A stretch of DNA of 64,000 nucleotides from Pseudomonadota bacterium (GTDB lineage Bacteria > Pseudomonadota > Alphaproteobacteria > Micavibrionales > UBA2020): contig JAZDGQ010000026.1 of the NCBI GenBank assembly GCA_043806835.1, positions 3,804 through 67,803 on the forward strand. The letters run 5' to 3'. How positions within the stretch are numbered: the first letter of the stretch is position 1; each line of letters begins with the position of its first letter. The translations under genes and the position numbers were made by a program. Below are positions 1-8,794 of the stretch, piece by piece. Under the pieces are notes generated by a model that was given only the letters and a program-made list of their open reading frames with translations, made no database searches and had not been told where the DNA came from.

Positions 1-3
1 GCC

Positions 4-372
4 ATGAAGAAAAAGCCTGAGATCCTGACGCAGACGATTGAAAAAATTACGGCGCACATTGACGTGATTGCCTTGTGGGGAGCTGTGTACGGAGTCGTCG
101 CCGCGTCTCTGACGATTATCATGTTTTTCAGCCCTTCCGAAATGCTGCTCCGGCTTGCCGCGAACGTGCTGATCGTCCTGATGGCGCTGCCGTTCATTTT
201 CGACCGGATTGTGGCGAAACTCGATGAGAAATTTCATGAAAAAATGCAGATGAATCCGGCCATCGTCAGGGAAGCCAAGCACATCGTCGAATGGGTGACG
301 CGGAAGGAAGAATACATCGGCTATGTGGGCGGGGTCGTCAGCCTGTTCCTGTTCGCCGTGATTTTCAAGTGA
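4..372 (+). CDS. hypothetical small membrane protein (122 aa)
   Basis: ATG-initiated ORF with about three hydrophobic segments (ALWGAVYGVVAASLTIIMFF, LAANVLIVLMALPFIF, YVGGVVSLFLFAVIF). No family recognised. Confidence 0.5.
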   Translation: MKKKPEILTQTIEKITAHIDVIALWGAVYGVVAASLTIIMFFSPSEMLLRLAANVLIVLMALPFIFDRIVAKLDEKFHEKMQMNPAIVREAKHIVEWVTRKEEYIGYVGGVVSLFLFAVIFK

Positions 373-405
373 TATCAACGGCCTAAAGTTTGAATCCGTT
401 GGGGA

Positions 406-1701
406 TTATTCCCTCTCGTCGAAGAGCGCCCCCTCAAGCGCGGCGCCGTCGAATTTGGTATTGGCGAGAAGGGCGCCCGTGAAGTCCGCCTTGCGCAGGT
501 CGCAATTGGTGAAATCGGCCTGAGTCAGGTCGGTGCCTCTGAATTTTCCCTCCATGATGCGCGCGCCGGAGAGCACGGCCTGGCGCAGGGAGGCTTTTTC
601 AAAGTTGCAGGGGATATTGAATTCAACGCCATCAGGTTTTTTAAAGAGCAGAGGATTGAGATTGGCCTTCGACAGGTTGGCGCGGTGGAAGATGGCTTCC
701 CTGAAACTCGCCCCGCGCAGGTCCGCGTTCTGCAGCAGACACTTGCGGAAATCCGACTTCTCGAGATGCGCGCCCTGCATCTCGATGCCCCGCATGTCCA
801 TCTCGGCGAAGGTGGCCTGAGGGGCTTTCATGGCGGTGAGCTTCCGTGCCGCGAGGGAGGGGCCTTTTCTCATGTCCGTTCCGGTCAGGTCGAGCTGGCC
901 GCCCTGACGCCCGCCGGAGGCCACCCAGGACACATGCTTGAGAAGAAGCTCGTCCAGCGTCATCTCGACTTCCGCGAAATCCTTTCCGACGGGTTCCGCG
1001 GTCAGGGTCAGGACGAAGGTCGTGCCGCTTTTTTCGGCGCCCTTCATGTTTGCGCCGACCATGGTGGCGTAGGAGAAATCGGCGTTCCTGAGATCCGCCG
1101 AGGAGAGGTCCGCCTTGCTGAGGTCGGCACCCAGCAGCAGGGCGTTTTTCAGGTCGGTGCCGTGCAGATGCGCGCCCTGCATATTGGCGTCCGTGAAATT
1201 GGCGGAGGCCGCCGTGGCTCCGTTGAGGTTCGTGTTGCTGAGATTGCTTCCGATGAACTGCGTCACGCCGGTTCCCGTGGCGCCGAACCGGTCTTCCGGG
1301 TTTCTGACCCGGCGCTTCACGATGGTTTTGCCTTCGCGCAGGTCGGAGCCGGTCATGTCGGCCTTGCTCAGGTCGGCCTGACTGATTTCCGCACCGCGCA
1401 TGTCGGCCCTGACCATGCGGGCGTTGTTCAGCTTGGAATTGGTGAAATCGCAGCCGAAAAGGGTCGCGCTTTCAAAATTGCTGTTGGTAAGGTCCGCGTT
1501 CGCCAGGATGCAGCCGGTGAAATCCGACTGCGAGAGGTTCTGTCCCAGAAAGGAGAGGTCGGACAAATCCTTGTCTTTCACGACGGCACGCGCCCCTCCC
1601 GGCCTGGCGGTCAGGAACATGCCGTGCTTGCGGATCACTTCGTTTAGATCCGCCTGCGTCATCTTCTGTAATGCAGCCTCTTCTCCAGGCTTTTCCGTCA
1701 T
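406..1701 (-). CDS. pentapeptide-repeat protein with two repeat blocks
   Basis: Long runs of A(D/N)LxX pentapeptides (ADLTNSNFESATLFGCDFTNSKLNNARMVRADMRGAEISQADLSKADMTGSDL...). The ORF-track start at 1722 is TTG. ATG at 1701 (MTEKPGEE) has AGGGG about 9 nt upstream. Confidence 0.85.
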   Translation of the reverse strand: MTEKPGEEAALQKMTQADLNEVIRKHGMFLTARPGGARAVVKDKDLSDLSFLGQNLSQSDFTGCILANADLTNSNFESATLFGCDFTNSKLNNARMVRADMRGAEISQADLSKADMTGSDLREGKTIVKRRVRNPEDRFGATGTGVTQFIGSNLSNTNLNGATAASANFTDANMQGAHLHGTDLKNALLLGADLSKADLSSADLRNADFSYATMVGANMKGAEKSGTTFVLTLTAEPVGKDFAEVEMTLDELLLKHVSWVASGGRQGGQLDLTGTDMRKGPSLAARKLTAMKAPQATFAEMDMRGIEMQGAHLEKSDFRKCLLQNADLRGASFREAIFHRANLSKANLNPLLFKKPDGVEFNIPCNFEKASLRQAVLSGARIMEGKFRGTDLTQADFTNCDLRKADFTGALLANTKFDGAALEGALFDERE

Positions 1702-1847
1702 ATTGAAACCCCTGAGGAGCAAGATGCCCCAAGACTGCGATGCTACAACGATTCCAATAAAAAAGTAACCATGGCATACGCATATGTATCCATAAGATTA
1801 AAAGAATTTTGTCATTCTTGTTTTTGTCCGATTTGTCCTAAAAAAGT

Positions 1848-1876
1848 TTGCGAATTTTGCCAGCCCGGCATTATAC
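1848..1876 (+). promoter_or_regulatory. candidate sigma70-type promoter for grxD
   Basis: TTGCGA (1848-1853), 17 nt spacer, TTATAC (1871-1876), in the AT-rich divergent intergenic region about 40 nt upstream of grxD. Confidence 0.3.
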
Positions 1877-1912
1877 TTTGGCGAGGAGTTTTCCGAGGCA
1901 ATCAGCAGAAGA

Positions 1913-2281
1913 GTGGAAAAGAAGATGCAAAAGGAAATTTTTGACCGCATCCGTCAGGATATTGCTGAAAATGACGTTATTTTATACATGAAAGGTTCGG
2001 CGGTCTTTCCCCAATGCGGCTTTTCGGCGGCGGCGGTGCAGGTGCTGAAAAGTCTCGGCGTGAGATTCAAGGATATCGACGTTTTGCTGGATCCGGCTTT
2101 GCGTCAGGGAATCAAGGATTTCGCCAACTGGCCGACCATTCCGCAGCTCTACGTCAAGGGCGAGTTCGTCGGAGGCTGCGATGCCATGCGGGAAAAACTC
2201 GCTTCCGGGGAGCTTCTGGAATTGCTGACTGAAAAAGGGGTGCTGAAAGACGCCGCTCCGCGAACGGCACCTTCCCGGTGA
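1913..2281 (+). CDS. grxD: Grx4-type monothiol glutaredoxin
   Basis: CGFS active site (FPQCGFSAAAV) plus WPTIPQLYV and GGCD motifs. Start is GTG 1913 or ATG 1925. The last ~10 codons and the stop lie inside the rlmJ-derived repeat. Confidence 0.9.
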   Translation: MEKKMQKEIFDRIRQDIAENDVILYMKGSAVFPQCGFSAAAVQVLKSLGVRFKDIDVLLDPALRQGIKDFANWPTIPQLYVKGEFVGGCDAMREKLASGELLELLTEKGVLKDAAPRTAPSR

Positions 2282-2306
2282 GATGCCGGAACCCGTCTTC
2301 CTTGAG
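2251..2306. repeat. 56-bp direct-repeat copy of an internal rlmJ segment (partner 2861-2916)
   Basis: Hand alignment gives 52/56 identical at an offset of exactly 610 bp. On the minus strand it encodes LKEDGFRHLTGKVPFAERR, identical to rlmJ. Confidence 0.9.
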
Positions 2307-2459
2307 GGCACTTCTCAAACCCCCGCTGTCATTCCGATGGCTGCATGGTGTAGGCACATGCCATGCAGCGAGGAATCTTCTCAATGAATTCAAGGGCGAA
2401 GATCCCTCGCTACGCTCGGGATGACAATGGAAGGGAGGTTTTTAGAAGTGCCTTCAAGG
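2300..2459. repeat. MITE/REP-like element with ~22-bp imperfect terminal inverted repeats around a nested palindromic pair
   Basis: Left arm CCTTGAGGGCACTTCTCAAACC (2300-2321). The right arm reverse complement is CCTTGAAGGCACTTCTAAAAACC (2437-2459). The inner units are GTCATTCCG...CGAGGAATC (2328-2377) and GATCCCTCG...CGGGATGAC (2401-2425). Confidence 0.6.
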
Positions 2460-2466
2460 GTTCTCG

Positions 2467-3333
2467 CTACACCATCCCCGTTTCCGGGTCGATCCGCCGG
2501 TTGTCGAGCCAGAAGACGTCGCCGGAGGCTTTTACCGGCAGGCGGGCGGAGATGAACTGCGTCAGTTCGTCCAGCACCGTCTCGAATCCGAACGGCGGAT
2601 TGACGATGATGATTCCGGAGCCGGTGAGGGCGAAATTTTCCCTGGGCGGCGCCTCCAGCAGGATTTCGCTGACCAGGACGTTATTGATGTTGGTCTTGCG
2701 GAGCGCGGTCAGCATCCGGAGGTGCAGCCCCGCGTCCAGCATCGGATACCAGATCATGAACTGCCCCTGCGGCCATTTTTTCCACGCCTGATGGAGCAGC
2801 CTCGGCAGGTCGTCGTATTCGGATTTTATTTCATAGCTGGGATCGACCAGAACCAGTCCGCGCCGCTCCGCAAACGGCACTTTTCCGGTGAGGTGCCGGA
2901 ACCCGTCTTCCTTGAGCAACTGGACGTTTTTTGAGCCTTTAAAACAGTTTTGCAACTCGGTGAATTCGGCGGGATGCCGCTCGATCAGGATCAGGCTGTC
3001 CATAGGCCGCATCAGGTGACGGATGACGGCGGGAGAGCCGGGATAACGTCTCAGATCGTCGCCGTCGTTGAATGCGGATACGATCTTGAGGTAATCGGAA
3101 AGAGGGGTCTTTTCTTCCCGCGCCGTCCAGAAGGGCAGGATGCCGTTCCGGAACTCGCCGATTTTCCGCGCTTCCGGGCCTGCGAGATCATACAGCCCGC
3201 GTCCGGCGTGGGTGTCCATGACGCAAAATTTCTGCGGTCCGAGAGCCATGGCCTGCATCAGGCCGACCAGAACCGCGTGCTTCTGCACGTCGGCGAAATT
3301 TCCGGCATGGTAGGAATGTTGATAGCTCAGCAT
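2467..3333 (-). CDS. rlmJ: 23S rRNA (adenine2030-N6)-methyltransferase RlmJ
   Basis: The N-terminus MLSYQHSYHAGNFADVQKH is typical of RlmJ, and DPSYE and NPPF motifs are present. The ORF-track start at 3384 would run into the cspA terminator, so ATG 3333 is preferred. Confidence 0.85.
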   Translation of the reverse strand: MLSYQHSYHAGNFADVQKHAVLVGLMQAMALGPQKFCVMDTHAGRGLYDLAGPEARKIGEFRNGILPFWTAREEKTPLSDYLKIVSAFNDGDDLRRYPGSPAVIRHLMRPMDSLILIERHPAEFTELQNCFKGSKNVQLLKEDGFRHLTGKVPFAERRGLVLVDPSYEIKSEYDDLPRLLHQAWKKWPQGQFMIWYPMLDAGLHLRMLTALRKTNINNVLVSEILLEAPPRENFALTGSGIIIVNPPFGFETVLDELTQFISARLPVKASGDVFWLDNRRIDPETGMV

Positions 3334-3343
3334 GCGTCCCCGC

Positions 3344-3373
3344 AAAAAAAGCCCCCGGAGCGACTCCGGGGGC
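3344..3373 (-). terminator. rho-independent terminator of cspA
   Basis: Minus strand reads GCCCCCGGA-gtcgc-TCCGGGGGC followed by TTTTTTT. It lies 20 nt after the cspA stop and only ~10 nt before the rlmJ start. Confidence 0.7.
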
Positions 3374-3393
3374 TTTTCCGGCAATCCTAGTTT

Positions 3394-3600
3394 TTATACG
3401 GCTTTGAGATTGACGGCAGTCATACGGCCTTCGCGGTCGGGCGCGAGGTCAAAGCTTACTTTTTGACCTTCATTCAAACCATTCAGCCCCGATTTTTCGA
3501 CGGCGGAAATGTGAACGAACACATCCTGGCCGCCCTCATCGGGAACAATGAATCCGAACCCTTTTTTGTTGTTGAACCATTTTACTGTACCGCTTGACAT
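3394..3600 (-). CDS. cspA: cold-shock protein CspA family
   Basis: KWFNNKKGFGFI (RNP1) and VFVHIS (RNP2) motifs; 68 aa; AGGAGA RBS. Confidence 0.95.
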   Translation of the reverse strand: MSSGTVKWFNNKKGFGFIVPDEGGQDVFVHISAVEKSGLNGLNEGQKVSFDLAPDREGRMTAVNLKAV

Positions 3601-3861
3601 GCAAGATTCTCCTGAGTTTCAGTTATTAAATTAAGCAATCCTTCCCTTGAGAAGGAGCGCCGATAGTAAAAGCAAGATGTATCACCAGCTTTCAATTCTA
3701 TATATCTAGTCTATTTTCAACACTATGGCAACGAATAATGTTTTCCCGGTGTCGGAGGACTGTTGTGCTGTAAAACGACCGATAATCGTATTTTATGGCA
3801 AGACTCAACCTGTAATGTATATTTTAACGATTCCCGCCTAAACTGGCGGGGAGGGTCATTC

Positions 3862-6153
3862 ATGAATTTCTTCAGACAAAAGTTCCTGCACGAAAACATG
3901 CTGTCAAGGCATGGGCTGGTTTTAAGCGCCTTTGCCGTCATTCTGGGCGGCCTTTCCCTGACAGGATTCATTTATGCGCAAACAATGTCGGGGCCGATTG
4001 TGGCCATCGCAGCCTATTTTGTGTTGCTGTCTGCGGGATGCGTCATTTATTTCCTCTTCATAGACCGCATCAGCCATGTGGTGGAAAAACATGAACTGAT
4101 CCGCGCAAAGGAGGGGGCGGAAAGCGTCGGCAGCGAAAAATCCGGGCTGTTGCAAAACATTATCGACAACGCCGTGGAGGGCATGGTCACCATCGACGAA
4201 GCCGGCATCGTGCAGATATTCAATCCCGCCTGCGAGAGGATTTTCGGCTACGGCGCGAACGATATTGTCGGAAAAAGCGTCAGCATCCTTATGCCGGAGG
4301 CCCATAGAAGCGGGCACGACGGATACGTCCGCGCCTATTGCAGGACAGGCGAGGCGAAGGCCATCGGCATAAGCCGGGAGGTTCAGGGAAGGCACAGGGA
4401 CGGAACGACGATCCCCCTCGACCTGTCCGTCAGCGAGGTGAGGCTCAACGGCAGGCGCATGTTCAGCGGCTTCGTACGGGACATTTCGGAGCGCAAGAGC
4501 GTCGAGGACCAGTTGCGGACTTACATGACCGAGCTGGAGTGGTTCCGGGCCGTGGCGGAGAAGGGCACGCGGCTGAAAAGCGAGTTTCTCGCCACCATGA
4601 GCCACGAAATCCGCACGCCCATGAACGGCGTGATCGGCATGACGGAATTGCTGATGGAAACCGGCCTGAACGTCCGGCAGCAGCGTTACGCCGACGTCGT
4701 CATGCGTTCGGCGCGCGCCCTGCTGGACATCATCAACGATATCCTCGATTTCTCGAAGATCGAGGCGGGGCGGCTCACGCTGGAGCCTCTGCCTCTGGAT
4801 TTCAGGAGGCTGTCGCAGGAAGCGATCGAACTGTTTTCCGTGAGGGCGTCCGAAAAAGGGCTGGAACTGCTGCTGGACTATTCCGGCGGCGCGGCGAGGC
4901 ATATCCTCGGCGACGCGGGGCGCATCCAGCAGATCCTCTCCAATCTGCTGGGAAACGCCATCAAGTTCACCGACAGAGGGCGGATTGAAATGATTGTGGA
5001 GGGGCTGGAGCCGCCGCAGAACCGCCTGAAGGACGCAAAAATAAAAGTGTCCGTGAAGGACACGGGGATCGGCATCCCGCAGGAGGCGCAGGTCATGCTT
5101 TTCAACAAGTTCACGCAGGCCGACGCCTCGACCTCCCGCAAGTACGGAGGCACGGGTCTGGGGCTGGCCATTTGCAAACAGCTGGCCATGCTGATGGACG
5201 GCGAGGTGGGCGTTGAAAGCGTGCAGGGGAAGGGATCCGTTTTCTGGTTCACGATGATATTGCCCGTGGTGGACGAAAAGGCCGTGGCGGCGGTTCATCC
5301 GGAACCCGCGGAGAAGGCGAAACCGGAAATCCTGAACGGAGTCAGGGTGCTTCTGGTCGAGGACAACGTCATCAACCAGGAATTCGCCCTGGAGATTTTG
5401 AGGAGTTTCGGTTGCAGGAGCACGCTGGCGGTCGACGGCCGTCAGGCGATCCGCTGTGTGGAAGACGGCAACGCCTATGACCTGATCCTGATGGATTGCC
5501 AGATGCCGGAAGTGGACGGATATGAAGCGACACGGCATATCCGCAAATATTTCAAGCAGCGGAGCCTCCCGCCCGTTCCGATCATCGCCATGACGGCGAA
5601 CGCCATGAAAGGGGAGCGGGAGAAGTGCATGAAGGCGGGGATGGATGATTATCTGAGCAAGCCTTTTCTGAAAAAGGATATGGAGGTTGTCCTGACGAGG
5701 TGGATCAGGGGCGTTCCCGACGCCGAAGCCGCTGTGCAGCAACGGACGGAGAAGGAAGGGTTGCCGGACGACGGAATCGACAGGGGCGCGCTGGCGGCCG
5801 TCAGGGAGCTGATGAAGGATCGCTACGCGGAAATCGTCCGGAAATATATCGGCAACACGGATGCGGTGATCTCAAAAATCGGGCAGGCTTTTGCGGGAAA
5901 CGCGAGCCCCGTGGACATTGCGATGGACGCGCATGCCCTGAAATCCTCCAGCCTGTATCTGGGAGCCGTGCCGGTCAGCGAGGCTGCCCATAACCTTGAA
6001 GTGGCCGCCCGCGCGGCGATGGAGCAGAAACGCCCGGCGGAGGAGCTGCGTCCCTGTCTTGAGGCTTTGAAAAAGGCATGGCAGGCCGTGCGGGCCTCGT
6101 ATGTCCGGGAGGCTGAGGGACACGGGGACTCGCCCGGGGCGCAGACTCATTAG
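3862..6153 (+). CDS. hybrid sensor histidine kinase (TM-PAS-HisKA-HATPase-REC-HPt)
   Basis: H-box SHEIRTPMNG, G2 box GTGLGLAI, receiver DLILMDCQMPEVDG...SKP, and C-terminal HPt (HALKSSSLYLG). ATG 3862 follows GGAGGG. The ORF-track start at 3763 is an upstream TTG. Confidence 0.9.
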   Translation: MNFFRQKFLHENMLSRHGLVLSAFAVILGGLSLTGFIYAQTMSGPIVAIAAYFVLLSAGCVIYFLFIDRISHVVEKHELIRAKEGAESVGSEKSGLLQNIIDNAVEGMVTIDEAGIVQIFNPACERIFGYGANDIVGKSVSILMPEAHRSGHDGYVRAYCRTGEAKAIGISREVQGRHRDGTTIPLDLSVSEVRLNGRRMFSGFVRDISERKSVEDQLRTYMTELEWFRAVAEKGTRLKSEFLATMSHEIRTPMNGVIGMTELLMETGLNVRQQRYADVVMRSARALLDIINDILDFSKIEAGRLTLEPLPLDFRRLSQEAIELFSVRASEKGLELLLDYSGGAARHILGDAGRIQQILSNLLGNAIKFTDRGRIEMIVEGLEPPQNRLKDAKIKVSVKDTGIGIPQEAQVMLFNKFTQADASTSRKYGGTGLGLAICKQLAMLMDGEVGVESVQGKGSVFWFTMILPVVDEKAVAAVHPEPAEKAKPEILNGVRVLLVEDNVINQEFALEILRSFGCRSTLAVDGRQAIRCVEDGNAYDLILMDCQMPEVDGYEATRHIRKYFKQRSLPPVPIIAMTANAMKGEREKCMKAGMDDYLSKPFLKKDMEVVLTRWIRGVPDAEAAVQQRTEKEGLPDDGIDRGALAAVRELMKDRYAEIVRKYIGNTDAVISKIGQAFAGNASPVDIAMDAHALKSSSLYLGAVPVSEAAHNLEVAARAAMEQKRPAEELRPCLEALKKAWQAVRASYVREAEGHGDSPGAQTH

Positions 6154-6154
6154 G

Positions 6155-6185
6155 GTCAAAACTCATTAATTTCATGAGTTTTGAC
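6155..6185 (+). terminator. perfect 12-bp inverted repeat immediately after the kinase stop (hairpin, no U-tract)
   Basis: GTCAAAACTCAT-taatttc-ATGAGTTTTGAC. It could be a terminator-like hairpin or a protein-binding palindrome. Confidence 0.3.
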
Positions 6186-6406
6186 GGCAGCCTCAGGGGA
6201 AAACACCTGACGCGAAGAATTTCTTACCAAGAAATCTTAGGGGTGTCCCGCGCGATAATTTCTGGTACAATGGCGATGTGCTGGGGATAACGTCAGCGTC
6301 TTTGGCACCGGAACAGGAGCTCATCGGGGGATGAGGTTTGGGGAGCTTGTCGCGGATCTGGGCTGGAAAAGCCGCGGTTCGTGCGGGTTGAGACGGGGTT
6401 GGGGGA

Positions 6407-7255
6407 GTGAGACTTTTTAAAAAGCGCGGAAACTCGTGTTCGCGCCGCAGGTCCAGGGTCTGGATCCTGCGGTGCCGAAGCTGCGTGCTGGGGGCGGGGA
6501 TGCTGGCCGTGACCGCGGCGGCGGGTTTTGTCGGCACTCACAATGATTATATTGAAAAAACGGAGGCACGGATCGTCACTGAAATCCTCACCCGCACCGC
6601 CGATGCCGGATTCAGGGTAAAGGATATTCTTGTCGCCGGGCGCGCGCAGATTCCGGCGGAGGAACTGTTGACCCGCCTCAGCATCAGGAAAGATATGCCT
6701 GTTTTCGGCATCAACATCTCCGAAGCGCGGCAATCCCTGGCCGCCCTTCCATGGGTCAGGGATGTTTCCATCTCGCGCCGTTTGCCGGACACGATCATCG
6801 TCGAACTGAAAGAGCGCGTCCCGGTGGCGCTATGGCAATACCGGAAAAAAATTTCTGTGATCGACCGGGACGGCGTCCTTCTGGCCTCCGACGATCTCAA
6901 CGCCTGGGAGCACTTGCCTCTGATTGTCGGCGAGGATGCCCCGAAGCATGTGAACGAACTGCTGGGACTCCTGAACGCCGAGCCCGAAATCGCGGGAGCG
7001 CTGGTCTCTGCCGTCCGGAGAGGAGGGCGCCGCTGGGATCTGCATCTGAAGAACGGCCTCTCCGTGAAACTGCCGGAACAGGATGAGGGTCTGGCGCTCC
7101 GCCGTCTGGCGCTTCTTGTGGAGCAGGGGAATATTCTGGATCGCAGCATAGAAAGGATCGACCTGCGCCAGCCGGAAAAAATCGTGGTGATGCCCGCCTC
7201 CGAGGATAATGAAGGGACGCCGGACGGAAAAAACAAAAAAACAAGTATATTATGA
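6407..7255 (+). CDS. ftsQ: cell division protein FtsQ
   Basis: Basic N-terminus plus TM (GAGMLAVTAAAGFVG), then a POTRA-like region (ILVAGRAQIPAEELL...LPWVRDVSISRRLPDTIIVELKER). Position directly upstream of ftsA-ftsZ. GTG start is uncertain. Confidence 0.85.
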   Translation: MRLFKKRGNSCSRRRSRVWILRCRSCVLGAGMLAVTAAAGFVGTHNDYIEKTEARIVTEILTRTADAGFRVKDILVAGRAQIPAEELLTRLSIRKDMPVFGINISEARQSLAALPWVRDVSISRRLPDTIIVELKERVPVALWQYRKKISVIDRDGVLLASDDLNAWEHLPLIVGEDAPKHVNELLGLLNAEPEIAGALVSAVRRGGRRWDLHLKNGLSVKLPEQDEGLALRRLALLVEQGNILDRSIERIDLRQPEKIVVMPASEDNEGTPDGKNKKTSIL

Positions 7256-7265
7256 TGGGGAAAAG

Positions 7266-8609
7266 ATGATGATGAAAGACAGAAAAAGCATCCGGACGCG
7301 GCGGCCTGAAATACCGGCGCGTAGAAACGTCACGGACGCGGGAGGCGGAAAAAACATTATCGCCGCGCTGGATGTCGGATCAAGCAAGGTATGCTGCTTT
7401 ATCGCCGAGGTGAAGAGCCACGGCACCATCGACGTCATCGGCATCGGCCATCAGGCCTCGAGAGGGGTCAAATCCGGCGCGATCATCGATCTGCGCGCCG
7501 CCGAAACAGCCGTTGCCCATGCGGTTGAATCCGCCGAAACGATGGCCGTGGATCATCTGCAGAACCAGCCGATCAGATCCGTTCTGATCAATATTCCCGG
7601 CACGCACGCGGCGGCGCACCAGTTGTCCGTGGATGTCAGGATCGCCGGTCATGAAGTTTCCTCCAGGGATGTCCGGGGCGCCCTGGCTCACAGCCGCAGC
7701 GTCGTGGCGCATGGCAAGGACGAACTGGTTCACATCATCCCCGCCGGATACACGCTGGACAAAACGAGAGGCATCCGGGATCCCTGCGGCATGATCGGGC
7801 AGAATCTCGGCGTCAACATCACGGCCGTGACGTGCCTTTCCTCCCCCCTCCGCCATCTTTCGGCGATAGCCGGGCAGAACCATCTGGAACTGGACGGATT
7901 TTGCAGCGCGCCCTACGCGTCGGGGCTGGCTTCGCTTTCCGCGGATGAAATGCAGCTCGGCTGCACGGTCATCGATATGGGCGGCGGCACCACCTCCATC
8001 GCCGTCTTCTTCGAAGGCAAGCTGGTCTACACGGCAGCCGTTCCGGTGGGCGGGATGCACGTCACGAACGATATCGCCCGCGGCCTGACCACGTCGATTG
8101 CCGATGCGGAGCGCATCAAGACCCTTTACGGGAGCGCCCGAGCGACAGGGACGGACGACCTCGCCAGCGTCGACGTGCCGCCGGTGGGCGAGGAGGAGCA
8201 TTCGCAGCCGAACTATGTGCCGCGCTCCTTTCTGGCCGGAATTATCCAGCCCCGCATAGAGGAAACTTTCGAACTGGTGCAGGCGAAACTTGTCGACAGC
8301 GGCATTGGCCGGATCGCCGGACGCCGCGCCGTGCTGACGGGAGGCGCCTCCCAGTTGCAGGGGTTGTGCGAGATCGGGCAGGTTCTTCTCAACAAGCAAA
8401 TACGCCTGGGAAGGCCGCAGCGCGTCAAGGGACTTGCCGAGGCGACGGGGGGGCCAGCTTTCTCCACCGCCGCCGGTCTGCTGATTTACGCCGCCGAGCA
8501 TGCGGACGAAATTCCCGCCGCGCATTCGGGACACGCTTTCAGCCTCCCGGCGACTTTCAACAGCCCCGCGCTGCAGAAGATGGCACATTGGTTGAAGGAG
8601 AACTGGTAA
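7266..8609 (+). CDS. ftsA: cell division protein FtsA
   Basis: Actin-like ATPase motifs (ALDVGSSKVCCFIAEV, VIDMGGGTTSIAVF). ATG 7266 lies after the ftsQ stop. Confidence 0.9.
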   Translation: MMMKDRKSIRTRRPEIPARRNVTDAGGGKNIIAALDVGSSKVCCFIAEVKSHGTIDVIGIGHQASRGVKSGAIIDLRAAETAVAHAVESAETMAVDHLQNQPIRSVLINIPGTHAAAHQLSVDVRIAGHEVSSRDVRGALAHSRSVVAHGKDELVHIIPAGYTLDKTRGIRDPCGMIGQNLGVNITAVTCLSSPLRHLSAIAGQNHLELDGFCSAPYASGLASLSADEMQLGCTVIDMGGGTTSIAVFFEGKLVYTAAVPVGGMHVTNDIARGLTTSIADAERIKTLYGSARATGTDDLASVDVPPVGEEEHSQPNYVPRSFLAGIIQPRIEETFELVQAKLVDSGIGRIAGRRAVLTGGASQLQGLCEIGQVLLNKQIRLGRPQRVKGLAEATGGPAFSTAAGLLIYAAEHADEIPAAHSGHAFSLPATFNSPALQKMAHWLKENW

Positions 8610-8794
8610 GAGATTCAAGAGCCTTGTTTTTCCGCGCGCCGACGCTGAAAACCCGGAAAAATTCCGATTCTTTTCTGAGCTTCCGGATTCAAAAAAAGTA
8701 ATAAAAAAACACGAAGGGCCGCATGAAGACTCTGGAAGATATAAAATAGAACAAGTAAACTCTGTCTGTGTCATGAAGCGGAGGAAGCACCTAG

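Noticed and set aside
2154-2791. ORFs 2154-2393(-) and 2363-2791(+) in the grxD/rlmJ spacer
   Set aside because: They are read through the rlmJ relic and the REP/MITE-like element. Their apparent protein similarity (KEDGFRHLTGKVPFAERR) is explained by the duplicated fragment.
3922-5742. 606-aa minus-strand ORF antisense to the hybrid histidine kinase
   Set aside because: It is Arg/Gly/Ala/His/Pro-rich with no recognisable motifs. It is fully overlapped by a gene with clear domain signatures. This is a typical shadow ORF of a high-GC genome.
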